A stretch of 64,000 bases of DNA from Hemiscyllium ocellatum. Taxonomy: Eukaryota. A model generated the notes under the pieces. That model was given only the letters and a program-made list of their open reading frames with translations, did not search any database and was not told the DNA's origin. Position 1 is the first letter of the stretch; each line of letters starts with the position of its first letter. Both the position numbers and the translations under genes were made by a program. This document shows positions 1 through 12,890 of the stretch, in pieces. The stretch lies in contig NC_083409.1 of assembly GCF_020745735.1 (NCBI RefSeq), forward strand, positions 12,895,259-12,959,258, given 5' to 3'.

Positions 1-59
1 ACCGAACATAATGGAGTGCGCCAACTCAGGGAGTATTCAGAGCAGATTGGCTCATTGCT

Positions 60-480
60 GATGGACTGGCAATGGGTCTTTACACAGTTGGTCATTTTGA
101 ATGTGCCCTGGTCCAGGGAGGGCTGAGGACCAGGACAAGTTCACATTCACATTTAATGAACAACAATATTGGTGGAACTGTCTGCCCCTAGGGTTCCCCA
201 GTAGTCCCTCCATCTTTCAGCAGAGCATGGCACAGGGCTGTGAGAGTTCAGGTCAGTTCCCCCAACCAGTTTGGACAGAGTGTGCTTGACTTGCTGCTGT
301 TTGTGTGAACTGAGGAGGAGGAGGTGTCCGTTTGGGATGACAGAATTCTCAGGAGTTGCTTGGAAGGATCCAGATGTTGATCCCTTCCCTGGACTAGCAG
401 GCTCCTTGATGCCACACACCATCAAAGAGGCCTTGATGTCAAGTGCTGTCACTCTGCCCTCACCTCACTCACATGGTCAG
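60..480 (+). mobile_element. Decayed retroviral-type (ERV) pol fragment, reverse transcriptase to connection domain
   Basis: ORF 101-289 reads QDKFTFTFNEQQYWWNCLPLGFPSSPSIF, matching retroviral RT 'F.FTF...QY.W..LPQGF..SP..F'. It is followed by a degenerate QYVDDLLL (cagagtgtgcttgacttgctgctg) and TIKEALMSSAVTL (cf. LKQALMSAPAL). Frameshifted. Confidence 0.65.
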
Positions 481-1029
481 GGAGAGCTCACTGACTCACA
501 TTTATCGGAATGAATTCCATTTGTTACTGATCAGCCCATCTGACCCTCCCAGCCCATCTATATCCTCATGTCATCTTGTACTGCTTCGGGATACCCCCAT
601 TCGAGAAGGTCAATAAATCAAAAGCACGAAAATTTAAATTCAGATACTGAAGACAATTACTGGATTAATAGAGGAAGCCGTATCTTCCATTTGTAAGTGG
701 GATCTATATTTCTTTATTAAATTAAAATGACTCAGATTAAATACATCTGCAGTGAATGTATAAATTACAACAACTCCCACACAGGGTGTTTGGACTGGAG
801 GCTGTGTTGAAATAATTGGTGACACATCAGGGAGGTGCAGAGATACCTGGAGATCTTGTTCCAGAAGGAAGTCATAATCCTCAGGACCAGGCTGTCCCAT
901 TCCATATGTAGGAAGGGGCAGGAGGGTATGACAATGAGGAGGGCAGGTAAGGATTTGGAGCGCACTGTAGGACAGGAAAACCCCTCACTCTTGCTGTAGT
1001 TGTGGGTATGCTCACCGAGCTGGGAAGTT

Positions 1030-2150
1030 GATTTGTAGACATTTTGTCCCCTGTCTCAGTGACACCTTCAGAGCTTTGGAGCTTCCTGTGAAGCGCTGTT
1101 GTGCTGTGTCTTCTGGAATTTATTTGGTTCCATCCCTGCTGTTTCTGGTTGCTGGTTTGGGAATGTTCATTTCAGTGGTCGGTCTACTGGGTCTCGGTCA
1201 ATGTGTTTATTGATGGAGCCCATGGTTCTAGAAATTCTCTGGCTGCCCTCTGTTGAGCTTGTCCTATGATCATAGTGTTGGCCCAATTGAATTTGTGGTC
1301 CTTGTCATCTGTGTGTATAGCTACTCGGGACAGCTGCTCATGGGGTTTAGTGGCTCGTTGGTGTTCATGGATGTGGGTGGCTAGTTGTCTGGCTGTGTGT
1401 CCTGTGTGTTTCATGCAGGCTTTGCATGGAATCTTGTAAACTACATTTGTCTTTCACATGATTGGTTTTGGGTCTTTTGTTCTCACGCACTGTTGTCTGA
1501 GTGTGGCTGGCAGTTTCTGGGCAGTTTATGAGTGATTAGATTCCCTACAGTATGGAAACAGGCCCTCCGGCCCAACAAGTCCACACCGATCCTCCAAAGA
1601 TAACCCACCCAGACACAGTCCCCTACCCAATACTGACCTCAACTGATGCACCTAGCACTAGGGGCAATTTAGCATGGCCAATTCACCTGACCTGCACATC
1701 TTTGGATTGTTGGAGGAAACCGGAGCACCCGGAGGAAATCATTGCAGACACGGGGAGAATATGCAAACTCCAGACAGACAGTTGCTTGATGAGGGAATTG
1801 AAATCGGATCCATGCCACTGTGAGGCAACAGTGTTAACTACTGAGCCACCGTTCCATGATTGGACAAGTCTGGCTGTCAGTTCGGTGGCGTTTCTTTATA
1901 TACGGTAGCGTGGCTAGGAGTTAGGTTGTAGCATGTCCTCATCGTGTTGTTTGTCTGTTAGGTATCTGCGGATAAAGTTGCAGGAAAATCTGTTCTTGGT
2001 AAAGACTTTGTAGAAGTGTTCTTCTCTTCGCAGGTCGGGAGTGCTGCAGTGTGTTGTAGCCCTATTGAACAGGGGCCTAATGCAGCTTCTCCTGTGTGTG
2101 TTTGGGTGGTTGCTGTTGTAGTTCAGGATCTGGCTTTTCTGTCCACTTTT
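1030..2150 (-). mobile_element. Penelope-like element 3' portion (RT C-terminus, GIY-YIG tail, terminal repeat), interrupted by a SINE
   Basis: Minus ORFs read NHPNTHRRSCIRPLFNRATTHCSTPDLRREE and HEHQRATKPHEQLSRVAIHTDDKDHKFNWANTMIIGQAQQRAAREFLE. The same family occurs at 27783-28087. Confidence 0.75.
1534..1852 (-). mobile_element. HE1-like tRNA-derived SINE
   Basis: Shares the tRNA-like head, the 'ggaaaccggagcacccggagg' core and the 'gattagattccctacag' tail with copies at 11.5, 17.8, 32.9 and 62.3 kb. Confidence 0.85.
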
Positions 2151-5100
2151 GTTATACATTCACCATTCTGTGATGGATGAGAATGTGACATTGGAAGCAA
2201 AATCACATCAGCCATGGTCCTATTCATTGGTCGAGAATTTTGAAGGATTGAATGACCTAATTCAGCCACTAATTTGTAAGTTCAAAACAATTGAATGGTC
2301 TTTTCTCTGTACCCACTCGTACACACTCTCTGTGTGAAAGATTTCTTCAACGCTTCACCCTTTCTCATTCGTGTCTTAACCCTGAGCTCTCATTGTTGCT
2401 GGGAAATTTGAGAAGCAGATACATTCACTTGCTCATTCATTCCCTCCTCAGCCTCTCTTTATCTCCTGAAACTCCACTCAACACCAATCTGTTGGGTCAG
2501 GAGCAAGGCTCTCAGCTCAATGAATAAAGGAACCTTTTCTAGCACCAAGCTGGTGACAGTCAGCTGGAGAATAATGTTCCATTGCACATGCCTTCTTCAA
2601 AAACCAAGGTGTTCAGCTATTCTGTACATCCACGTTCACTCCTGAAGGGATCTGGCAGAGAGGAAGAGTCACTGCAGCCATTGTGCAACATCGAGTGTCG
2701 AGTTGTCCCATTTCCAATCCCACTGCAATGTCATTGTCTGCCCTGACACCAAGTAGATGCTCCCATCTCAAGAGGCTCCATGGCCCTGAGGACTGTGAGA
2801 GTAAGCCCTGTCAATTCAGCTCGATCATCAAGCTCCAGCCTTCCTGATGTGGTGGCAGCCAGGAGAACCCTGCCCATGGGAGATTCCACACACACTCCCT
2901 CCCTCCCTGCAGGGAAAGATGATTCCAAGGCCCTGCTTTCTCTCCAGACTGATCTGGATTTGAGTGTTGCTGAAAAAAAGAGACATTTTGTCGAAGCTTT
3001 TGTCTTGCACACATCAGGGCAATTTGCGAGAAATAGCACAGCAAAGGCAAACACCATGTAGACTGGAGACCCCAGCGGGTCAGGCATCATCCATGGAGAG
3101 AAAGCAAGGCAAAATGAAATGTTTTCATAAAAAGGACTTTCTCTCACTCAAGTTCCAGATTCTCAAATGACTGTTTGATCCTGATTTCCTCTTTTGCTTT
3201 AGACCTGTTGAAATTCTAAAAATCATTCTGTCCTTTTTTGAATGGAGCATTCAGTTTATACATCATTCATCATTAAATTCCGTAACTGCATCAAAATATT
3301 TTTCCTGATTTCCTTTCTGTACTTGGTATATGACTGGAGAATGTGTCATTTTGCCGCTCAGTTTGTATGCTCTGATGGTTAATATGTATTTTTTGTGTTC
3401 CTTTCTATAAGAATTTTTGAACATCAGAATACCCCCTCTCCACTGTCGAGATCCTGTTCTGTCCTTCATAGAATCATAGAATCATAGAATTGAGGAATCC
3501 CTTCAGTGTGGAAGCAGGCCACACAGCCCAGCAAGCTCATACCGACCCTTTGAAGACTATCCCACCCAGACCCACACCTCCCCTACCCAATCCCTGTAAC
3601 CCTGCGTTTTCCATGGCATTTTCCATTTGCTAGCCTGCACATCTCTTGGACATAATGAGTAATTTAGCACGGCCAATCCCCAACCTACACATCTTCTCTC
3701 AGTTTTGCAAATGAAACATCAGTTTTGATTTTTACGCTTTGGGCTAGATTTAGTACAGTTGGAAACATGACTCTAGGCAAACTTAATCATTCCAGTGGCC
3801 CATTTCAATGCCCCCAATGGCAGCAAATCTCTCCCAATGAATATCAGGATAGAAGTAATGAACTGAAATTCTCAGCTACCATCAGACGATATCAACTTGA
3901 CTGAGGAGCCAATTGACCCCTAAATTCTTGAATCTATCCTGATTATATGGCAGCTCAGGGATTAAATCGGCTTGGCTGTCCCACAATTTGTCTAATCAAT
4001 GGACCAAGCTTCAGATGATGTCCTCATGTTAAACTGCCACCCCTCTCATGACCCACATCTGCTTTTAGTTGCATTTGATCAGGGATTCCATAATAAGCCA
4101 AGGTCTCCAGTGAGAGCCTTGTCTCCAACAAGCATTGCTCTGCTCGCTCCCAACTGGGGACCTCCCCAGGAACCAAAAGGAGCTCCCCGGCAGTTCTGTC
4201 ACTGATGGGTGAGATTGTTGTTGACTCACCTTAGAGTGGACTGAAGCCAAACCTTTCTGACTCCATGGAAGGAGTTCTAACAACTTAGCCAAGGCTGATA
4301 CTTTAAAAAATCATAAAATATGTCAATAATTCATACTGTCTTTGTGCAAGGTCAGAGTTTTGAGGTTTTAACGTGTTCTTTTGGAATGCAATGAAGTGTT
4401 ACCATGGAGAATGTTGCTGCAGGACAAGAACAGCCAACTCTGCCCAAAACGTCACCGCAATAATTAATCCATTACCATCCAGTCGAATGCTTTCTCACAT
4501 TACTTTCCCTTTATTATTCCTCTTTTTCAGGTTATTAAATGCCTTTTAAAATAGTACACACATGGAAACACCATCACCTGCAGGGTTTTCCCCAAACCAT
4601 TCATCATCCTGACTAAGAAATATATCCCTGTTCCTTCACTGTCACTGGGTTATTATCAAGAAACAAGTACCTTGTTTATTTTGATTTCTCCTGGGATGGG
4701 CGGGCACAAAAGTGGCAGTTATTTGTTGCCCTTCCCAAATTGTCCTGGAGAGGGCAGTAGTGAGCCATGTAATATCTGGGAAGGAAGGCGCTGGGATCTG
4801 AACCAAGAAAAACCCATGCAACTCAATGTCATGTTCATGAATGTAGTTTGGACAAGGGAACCCAGTCATCACCCGGTCTGTGACTCCAGTCCCATAGTGA
4901 CGTGATTCATTCTTAACGGCCCCATAATCTGGCTCAGAACTCAGTCCGAGTAACTAGAGATGGGCAATAAATTTGAGGTTTAATTTACAATAGTTTATAA
5001 AATAGTTCACTTTAAAAACTATTTAAATAGTTAAATCTATGTTAACCTGAGTGTACAAGGCATAATTTCAAAATTTGCTGAGGGTATGAAACTTGGATGT

Positions 5101-5199
5101 ATTATGGCTCATGAAGAAGATAGTGTCTAACTTCTATATATATATATAAGTGATTGGGATGAGCAGATGGTTGTGGATAGAATTTCATGGAAAGAGCTG

Positions 5200-5640
5200 T
5201 CACTGATTCATTTTGGAAGGAAAACGTGGAGAGACAAACAAAATAATGGGTACAAATATGGTTGGGTGTAGAGGCAGTAGGACCTGGATGTTTATGTGCA
5301 TCAGTCACTGAAGGTGGCAGGATAGGCAGCTGTTCTCATGGGAGAGCAGCTGATTAAAGCAGATGCCATATCAACATGAGCACAGAATACAGCGTGGATG
5401 TGAAAAGAATGCTTCCTTTTCAGGGAGACTATAAAACTAAAATAAGTTCCCTCATTTAAGACCGTGATAAGCAGGTTTTCTTTCTTTCTTAAGGTCATAG
5501 ATCTTTGGAAATCTTCTTCAAACATAGAAATGAAACCTCTGAATGCTGGTAGTGAAGAAGTAGATAGCTATTGTTTATCATAAATCTATTGGAGTGAGGC
5601 AAAAATGTGGAATAATCAGGTCAGCCATGGGGAGCAGGCT
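5200..5640 (+). mobile_element. CR1 LINE 3' fragment
   Basis: Degraded CR1 RT C-terminus and 3' UTR (gatcagccatg...gaatg motif), similar to the many other copies in the window. Confidence 0.65.
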
Positions 5641-5830
5641 CAAGAGGATGAATCTCCTTCATTTTTGTCCCTAATTCGTATGATCGTGTGTCCAGTTCCA
5701 CCGTTGAAAGAACAATGCCTTAAAGTTTGTGGTTTTCAATAAAGCAGCTGAAGTGGCTGCTGGTTTGTGTGGGCGCGAATGGAAGGGGACTTTACCCATA
5801 ATCCTCAGCAGCAGTGCAAGCGCTCTCTCG

Positions 5831-5844
5831 CCACTAGAGGGCAG
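5831..5844 (+). promoter_or_regulatory. Candidate CTCF-binding site
   Basis: CCACTAGAGGGCAG matches the consensus CCASYAGRKGGCRS at 14/14 positions. It lies in apparently non-repeat, CpG-retaining sequence 8.3 kb downstream of C. Confidence 0.55.
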
Positions 5845-5919
5845 CTGCTTCAATGTCCCTGATCAGTAAAGTGGGACTCTGCTTGGAACTAACAGGCTCA
5901 ATCTGTAGAGACACATGAA

Positions 5920-6040
5920 GTTCCTGAAGAAGGCAACGTCGATTCTCCTGCTCATTAGATGCTGCCTGACCTGCTGCGCTTTTCCAGCAACACATTTTCA
6001 GCTCTGATCTCCAGCATCTGCAGTCCTCACTTTCTCCTCC
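5920..6040 (+). mobile_element. PLE family-1 terminal repeat fragment
   Basis: Contains gatgctgcctgacctgctgcgcttttccagc...ctccagcatctgcagtcctcacttt, with a partly deleted hammerhead-like motif at 5924-5940. Confidence 0.7.
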
Positions 6041-8199
6041 AGACACATAGAGTGTACAGCTCTAGAAGCAGGGTACTTATCACACCACAATGGAAATATC
6101 CCCTGTGAGAAGAAAAGTACTTTGATGTGACTTTTGTTTGTCTTCACAGTGTGCTGTTTTGCTCATTCTGTGATACACATAGACAATGTCAGTACTGAGT
6201 GGCACAAAGTATATTTCCTCCTCTAACCCCTTTCCAACACACCCTCTCCATCTTGCTTTACTCTCTATTGACTCTTCTACAATTACCCCTGCTCCCTCCG
6301 TCCCAGTCTCAGAATTGATGGTTGGAGTTCATGACCCCGCACTGTGTGAAGGTTGGTGTGAAGTGAGGCCAGTGTGTTGGAGCTTGGGCTCCTGCCTCAG
6401 GCCCAGGTGTAGGGGCCTGTTCAACAATCTGTACATTGTCCTTTTTCTCTTTCTGACCGTACTGGAGTTTTCAAGCTGCAGTAACTTGCTGGCAACAAGG
6501 TGTCTTGTCTAAAATGTTCCCAGCACTGGACAGATCTCTGCTGTTGATTTTTTTTCTCTCTCTCAGGAGCCTGCTCTGTATTCAATGCCTGTTATCATGA
6601 GTTTGTTGGAGTTCATATGTCAACTGCTGCTTCCTTGCATAGAACTGAAAAAAAGTCATCAATACCTCTTGAGTTTTAAATACTCCATCTTCATGAAAGT
6701 GGTTGGCAGACTTTTTAACATCATTTAACCCTCTAATTATGTGAATGCATCAGTGTTATTTATGGCTGGGAGCATTTAACATCATGGTCCTAGTTTTTAA
6801 TGGATCCTCACTCGTGTTAATACAGTTTGCAATGTTTCGCTCCCCTTTTGGGTTATTAAGAAGCTTGCAAACTTATTATGATGAGGACAATGCAACTTCA
6901 ACACTGTTTGAGGGAGTGGGTGGCTGTTTGAATTCTCATCTCATTATCATACAGCTTTCGAAGAAAATGCTGTAGTCTCTGAAATTAGATTGTACTCAGG
7001 TTTTATTGCATATTGTGTTTTTATTTAATTTTGGAATGCCAATTTGTCATAAAAATATCCTGTTCAGTTTTGTAGCTCAATAGTTGTGTTTGTTCCCGAG
7101 ACACTGGAAGTTTACACAACACTCCATTTGCCTGTGACCCAGTTACTGGCCAAAGCCTCTGGTTGTTCGGTGAGTCCAAGCCATTGCCTTGCTCTCTGCA
7201 GTTATACCATCAACTTGGTTTCTCAGTGTGAGCCAGGAGACCACTGCATGGTGACTTCCTGTTCCACTGTCGGGGTAAAGGCAAGTGGGAACTGTCGAGG
7301 TTAATCCCATCATGAACATCAGAACATTATAGTCAGCTGGAACAACATCCACTGACTAATTTCTTTGGCTGCCATTGCAGGAAAAGCAAATCCTTCCCTT
7401 TTCTGGCACAAAGAGAAAGTGCCCATCAGACTCCCTGGTGTGTGATGGTTTAGCCCAATAGGAGCAGCTCTGGTAGATCATGCTGTATCAGCCTGGACAG
7501 AAACCTGGGCAAACTCCAAATGAAAACATGTCCTTCAGTAGATCTGCTGCTACACAAAATATTGAATTGGAATCCTTGTTCCCGAATCACCTCATCAAAC
7601 CTAAATACAATTGAGAAAATATAAACCAAACCAATTTCCCAACGACATATGTCACAACAAGAAAGTGGGGAGCACACAGTTACTGTTCGCCTGTCTCTGG
7701 GGAGCGTCACTTTTCCTGTCTCCTCTCTCTTTGTGGGTTATCATTTTTACCATCCTTTTTTGTATGAGAATATTACTGTTCCTGTCCCCACTCTCTTGGA
7801 GACAGTGTGTGGGTCTCATTTACCCTCATGAAATGTGTAATCCCTGCTTCACTATGTATGTGAGCCATGTGTGAAAGCCCAGCACAGCTAATCCTTCACT
7901 TCAATCAGATTACAGGGTCCGAGGTTGGTCTGTACTATCTGGACCCAGACAAAAACACTGACTGACTGGATCACGATCAAGATAACCCAAATCAAGTTCC
8001 AGTGAGACTGCTGTTGACCTTCCCCCTCATAGCCCACTCAGGAGGTGGTCATTAATCCCAGTGTTGTCATAGATTAAGTTCTCCCAGAGATTCATGATCC
8101 ATTCTAGATTTTACACAAGTGTGTAATGTTTTCAGGCGACAGCTGGGAGACATGGAGATAAAATATAAAAGGAGAGAGAATTATATGTGAGTTATACGT

Positions 8200-8760
8200 T
8201 CCTTGAACTTAGGATGTTTGGAAATATTTTACAGCCAATGGAATACTTCCGAAGTCCAGACATTGTTTTGATGTGGGAACTGTGACAGCCTGGGCAAGGC
8301 AGATCATTTGGCAGCACCACCCAGAGACTGGAGGCTGTTACTGCAGGCATGCTCCAACCAGCTCTGCTGTGAGGGAAGGACACTGGAGCACACAAGGCCA
8401 TGAGAAATAGGAGCAGGATGAAGCCTCAAATAGCTGACCATCCTTTCTTAAATACAGGGACCAAAATTGCACACAATACTCCAAATGCAGGCTCACTAAC
8501 ACCCTTGATAGTTTTATCAGGATTTCTCTACTTTTAAATTCCAACCCCCAGCAATAAAGGTGAAAATTCAATTGCCTTCTCAATTCCTTGCTGTACCAGC
8601 ACGAACTTTCTGTGTTTCATGCACAATACTACCCAGATCACTCTGTACTGCACTTTGTTGGAATCTCTCACATTTAAATAATAGTCAACCTTTAGATTAT
8701 TCCGACCCAAGTGCATGGTCTCACACTTTCTTACATTAAATTCCGTCCACTGTGTATTAG
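8200..8760 (-). mobile_element. CR1 LINE RT fragment
   Basis: Minus ORF reads SREILIKLSRVLVSLHLEYCVQFWSLYLRKD, the CR1 RT C-terminal motif. Confidence 0.75.
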
Positions 8761-8789
8761 TGTTTTATTTCCAGTTTGGTCTTCTCTTT

Positions 8790-11400
8790 GTGATTGGCTG
8801 TCTCAATGCAACTGTCTGTAGCATGCCCCATTCCCATTTGTTGATGGCCCTGACACTTGATGATCTAACCTTTTCCTGCTGGTTCCATTCATGACAGGCA
8901 GGAGGTTGGAAGAACACAGCAAGTAGGCAGCATGAGGCAGTGTAGAAGTTGATGTTTCGGGTGTAAACCTTATTCAGGAATGGGGTTAGGTGACGAGAAA
9001 GCTGCAGACAAAGGGGGTAGTGGGGACAGTATGATGAAGTGAGGATAGGTGATGACAGGTAGATGGTACAACATGGATGGTCAATGGGAGGAATGAATCT
9101 GGTTGGTGGCACGCAGGAATGGAAGGGAGGGAGAGGGGCTGGGAAGGGAATCGGGGGAAGGGAATAGTAGTTATTTGAAATTGGAGAACTTAATGTTGAG
9201 TCATCTGGGCTGTAGGCTGCCCAGATGGAAGATGAGGTATTGTTCCTCCAATTTGTGATTTGGTTCATTGTGACAATGGAGGAGGCTAATGATGGTCATC
9301 TCGGAAAGGGAATGGGAAGGGGAATTGAAATGGGTGGGGACTGAGAGGTCTCGTCGGCCCCTGCAAGCCTGGCTGAGATGCTCGGTGAAACATTCCCTAA
9401 GATTATATTTAGTCTTCCCAATGTAGAGAAGACCACATCGCAGGCACCTGATGCAGTGAAATAGGTTGGAGGAGAAGCAGGTGTACCTCTGTCTCACCTG
9501 GAAGGACTGTTTAGAGCCTGGATGGAGGGGAGGGATTGGTGTACCAGCAGGCTTTGCATTGTTTTGGGTTGCAGGAGGGTAGGTGGGCAAGTGGCACAAA
9601 CCAAGAATTGTCAAATGGAACAGTTATTGTGGAAGGCAGCCAGGGGTGGGGAGAGGAAGATGTTCTTGGTGGTGTGGTCTAGTTGGAGTTGGTGGAAGTG
9701 TTTAAGGATGATGCGGTGCATATGAAGATTGGTAATAGTTGAGGACAATGGAACTCTGACTTTATTGCGTTTGGAGAGGGGGTGGTTTGAGAGCAATAGA
9801 ATGGGAAATGGAGGTGGTGCAGTGAATGACAGAACGAGGAAAAGCACGTTGTTCATAACAGGTGGACATCTGTGATCAGTGGAATGTCTCCTCATCCGAG
9901 CAGATCGAGCGGAAGCAGATGAATTGGGAGAATGGGATGGAGTTCTTGGATACTGGTTGAGAGGAGGTGTAGTCCAGGTAGTAATGGGAGTCTGTGGGTT
10001 AGTAGTAAATGTCTGTCTGAAGATTATCGCCAGAATTGGAAATGGAGAGGTAAAGAAAGGGCAGGGAGGTGTCTGAGATGGATGAAGTGAAGTTGAGGAC
10101 AGGGTGGAGATTGTGGGGAAATTGTATAGTCACTGAAGAGGGACTGGTGAACATAGCTCAACCGGGTGCCCATGGGCACCCCCTGGACCAGTTTGGCAAA
10201 GCTGAGGAATGGATTGGTGGAAGGGGACTGGACGGGTCTGTTGCAGAGGTAAAGGTGTTGGGCCTGGAGGCCATCCTTGTGGGGTATGGACATATGTAAG
10301 GGCTGCACATCCATCGTGGAGATAAAGCACTTAGGGCTGTGGAACTAGAGGTTACTGAAGAGATGGAGGGCATGGTTGGTGTAGCCGATGTAGGTGGGCA
10401 GTGCCTGAACCAAGGAGGAGAGTTGAGGTAGGATGAGAGGAGTTCGGTGGGGCAGGGGCATGCTGAGACGATGGGTCAGCTGGATAGTTGGGCTTGTGGA
10501 TCTTAGGGAGCAGATAGAACTGGGCAATGCAGGGCTGGGGGACTATGAGGTTGCAGACAGTGGAGGGGAGATCACTGGAGGCAATGGGGGCACTGACAGT
10601 GCGAGTGATTTTGGCCTGATGGGTCACCGCGGGGTTATGGGCAAGGGGGAGGTAGGATATGGTGTCTGAGAATTGGGGCTTGGTCTCTGTGACATTTAGG
10701 TCAGTTCTCCAGACTAACACCACCCCACCTTTTTCAGTGGGTTTGATGATGAACCAAGGGTTGGCGCAGAGAGAGTGGAGTGCTCGATCGGAGGGGGTGT
10801 GGTTGTAGTGGGTGAGGGGAGAAATTGAGGCGACTGATGGCACATCAATAGTCAGCAATGATGAGGTCTAGGGTGTGTACACAGCTGGTGGTGGGAGGTT
10901 GGGGGGGTGACCAATTGGAGGAAGAAGGTTGGAGGTGAGCGAAGGGGTCCTCAGAGGGAGTTTGGGAGTTTTTATTAAAGAAGAAGACACGGAAGTCGAG
11001 GCTGCGGAAGAAGAGCTCCGCATCGTGGTGGGTGTGGGACTTTTTGAGGTGGGGTCGGGCGGGAATGACTGTGAGCCCTTTCCTGAGGATAGACCTTTTG
11101 GCCTCAGAAAGTTCGAGGTCAGGGGGGATAGTAAATGTGGTGCAGGGCTCAGGGGTGAGGTTTTTGGGGGGGTCAAAGTTGGCTGAAGGAGGGGAGGGGA
11201 GAAGGATGATTGCATGTGGTGGGTGAGGGTTGGTTGTGATGTTGCATGGGGAATGGGTGTGGGAGAGAAAGGAGTTTGGGACGGAGGTGGGTTGTGGAGT
11301 GAGGTGGGGGAGTGGGGAGGTGGGGATGAGGTGAAGAGGGAGTAGTAGAGGGATAGGGTGCACTGTGGGGGTGGATAGGTGAGGAGGGAGAGCGAGTGTG
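8790..11400 (-). mobile_element. Long decayed Penelope-like retroelement, family 1 (RT plus GIY-YIG endonuclease)
   Basis: Minus frames give IIKPTEKGGVVLVWRTD, FYLLPKIHKP, MDVQPLHMSIPHKDGL, GVPMGTR and CIRCLRCGLLYIGKTKYNLRECFTEH...EEQYLIFHLGSLQP. A terminal repeat with a hammerhead-like motif lies at 8951-8977. Many frameshifts and stops. Confidence 0.85.
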
Positions 11401-11517
11401 CTGGATGGCTGCAGGTAGACAGTTGGACTCAGGCTGTCTCTGCGAAATGCAGTCTGAGTCTTGGTTGCAGAGTGGGTGGGGCCAGAAGTGGAGGCAGAAG
11501 CTGGAGCGAAGTCAAGG

Positions 11518-11830
11518 CCAGTCTGACCCAGGTTCAATTCCAGCCTCAGGCAACTGTATGTGTGGAGTTTTCATATTCTCCAAGTGTCTGTGTAGGTTTC
11601 CTCTGGGTGCTCTGGGTTTCCTTCCACAATCTAAAGTCGTGCAGCTTTTGTGAATTGGCTGTGCTAAGTTGCCCATAGTGATCAGGGATGTGTAGGTTAG
11701 GTTCATTAGTCAGGGCAAAAGTAGAGTAATGGGATAGGGGATTGGATCTTGGGTGGGTTACACTTCCAAGGATCAGTGTGGACTTGTTGGTGAAAATGGC
11801 CTGTTTCCTCACAGTAGGGATTCTATGACA
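11518..11830 (+). mobile_element. HE1-like SINE
   Basis: B-box-like ggttcaattcc, 'gggtttcctctgggtgctctgggtttcc' core and tail 'cagtagggattctatg'. Confidence 0.85.
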
Positions 11831-12507
11831 GTCCATTCCAGATTCCCACCACCCGCTGAGTGAAAACATTCTTCCCCAAATCTTATTTGCGGTGTCCATG
11901 ATGAAACCTTTCAAACTATTCATTTTGTCTCGTGTCGTTTAGCTCTTGAGCTCCATGTTCAATAAATGTTTATTCTTTTTGATAAAATATGAGTTCTCTG
12001 ACAGGGACAGTTAAATTTGTCCAGTCAGGGAATCTTACCGACAGATAAAAAAGGGAGTGTCAGAAGGACTGATACTCTGGGACCTGACTCTGAATAACAA
12101 CCTGCCAACCAACCCCCTCCTTCTGTCACCCTCAATCTCCCCATGCTTACTCTTGATGCCACTTCGATCCAGCCTGTGCTGGCTTTGGGAGAGGTTGGCC
12201 TTCCCTCCATCACCCAGGAATGTGGTCATCATCCCAGAGAAGTCACACTTTTAACCTGAGGGTCATCACAGCTGGCGCAGGGGGAGAGAAGGTGGCACCT
12301 TCATGGTGGTCATACCTGTCATTAATCCACCGCAACCTCTCTTGGGGCTGCAAGAATTCAACCTCCCTCCCTCACCAGCTCCCCTCCCTGGAAGGTAATA
12401 TTGCTGCACCTTGTTTTGGGTTAATTAACCACTGAAATATGACTATGGGTAGCCAGCATTGGCTGGGCAGGCAGCCATGACTGCTCTGACCCTGGATCCA
12501 GTAATTC

Positions 12508-12535
12508 CTGAAGAAGGGTTTATGCTCGAAACGTC
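12508..12535 (+). ncRNA. Minimal type I hammerhead ribozyme motif in a PLE terminal repeat (repeat spans about 12500-12640)
   Basis: CTGAAGA-a-gggt-ttat-gctc-GAAA-CGTC: both core boxes are intact, stem II has 4 bp, helix III is the palindrome ACGT and the triplet is GUC. Stem I pairing is poor, so activity is unproven. Confidence 0.5.
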
Positions 12536-12654
12536 TATTCTCCTGTTCCTCGGATGCTGCCTGACCTGCTGCGCTTTTCCTGCAACACATTTTCAGCTCT
12601 GATCTCCAGCATCTGCAGTCCTCACTTTCTCCTCCAGAAAATCCCCTCGGACTT

Positions 12655-12890
12655 CGGCAACACATATGAGAGCACAGTGCCCACTGCCTCTGAAATCCCT
12701 CCCTTACTGAGAATACACTCTCAGAATTCACTTTTTTCAGCTGCTATCTGAATTTGCTATAAATTCTGTGCCCAATGATCCTGCCCCTCCAGCTACCTAA
12801 TGAAGGGGCAGCACTCTGAATGCTTTTACTTCCAAATAAACCTGCTGACTATAACCTGATGTTGTATGTTTTTTTAACTTTGGCTATCTG
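12655..12890 (+). mobile_element. PLE family-3 3' end
   Basis: Ends ...ctaatgaaggggcagcactctgaatgc...ccaaataaacctgctgactataacctg. A minus-strand copy lies at 32640-32790. Confidence 0.6.

Noticed and set aside
2780-3061. 93-aa ORF (MALRTVRVSP...HFVEAFVLH) overlapping a 138-aa antisense ORF
   Set aside because: No recognisable domain, an in-frame stop shortly upstream, and no clear splice signals. Cannot be supported without a database search.
7086-7710. Non-repeat-looking stretch with several 69-87 aa ORFs
   Set aside because: No frame gives a convincing family motif. A faint resemblance to a LINE C-terminus was too weak to call.
10845-11537. 230-aa Pro/Ser/Thr-rich ORF
   Set aside because: It is the low-complexity 5' part of the decayed PLE read through from a SINE edge, not a host gene.
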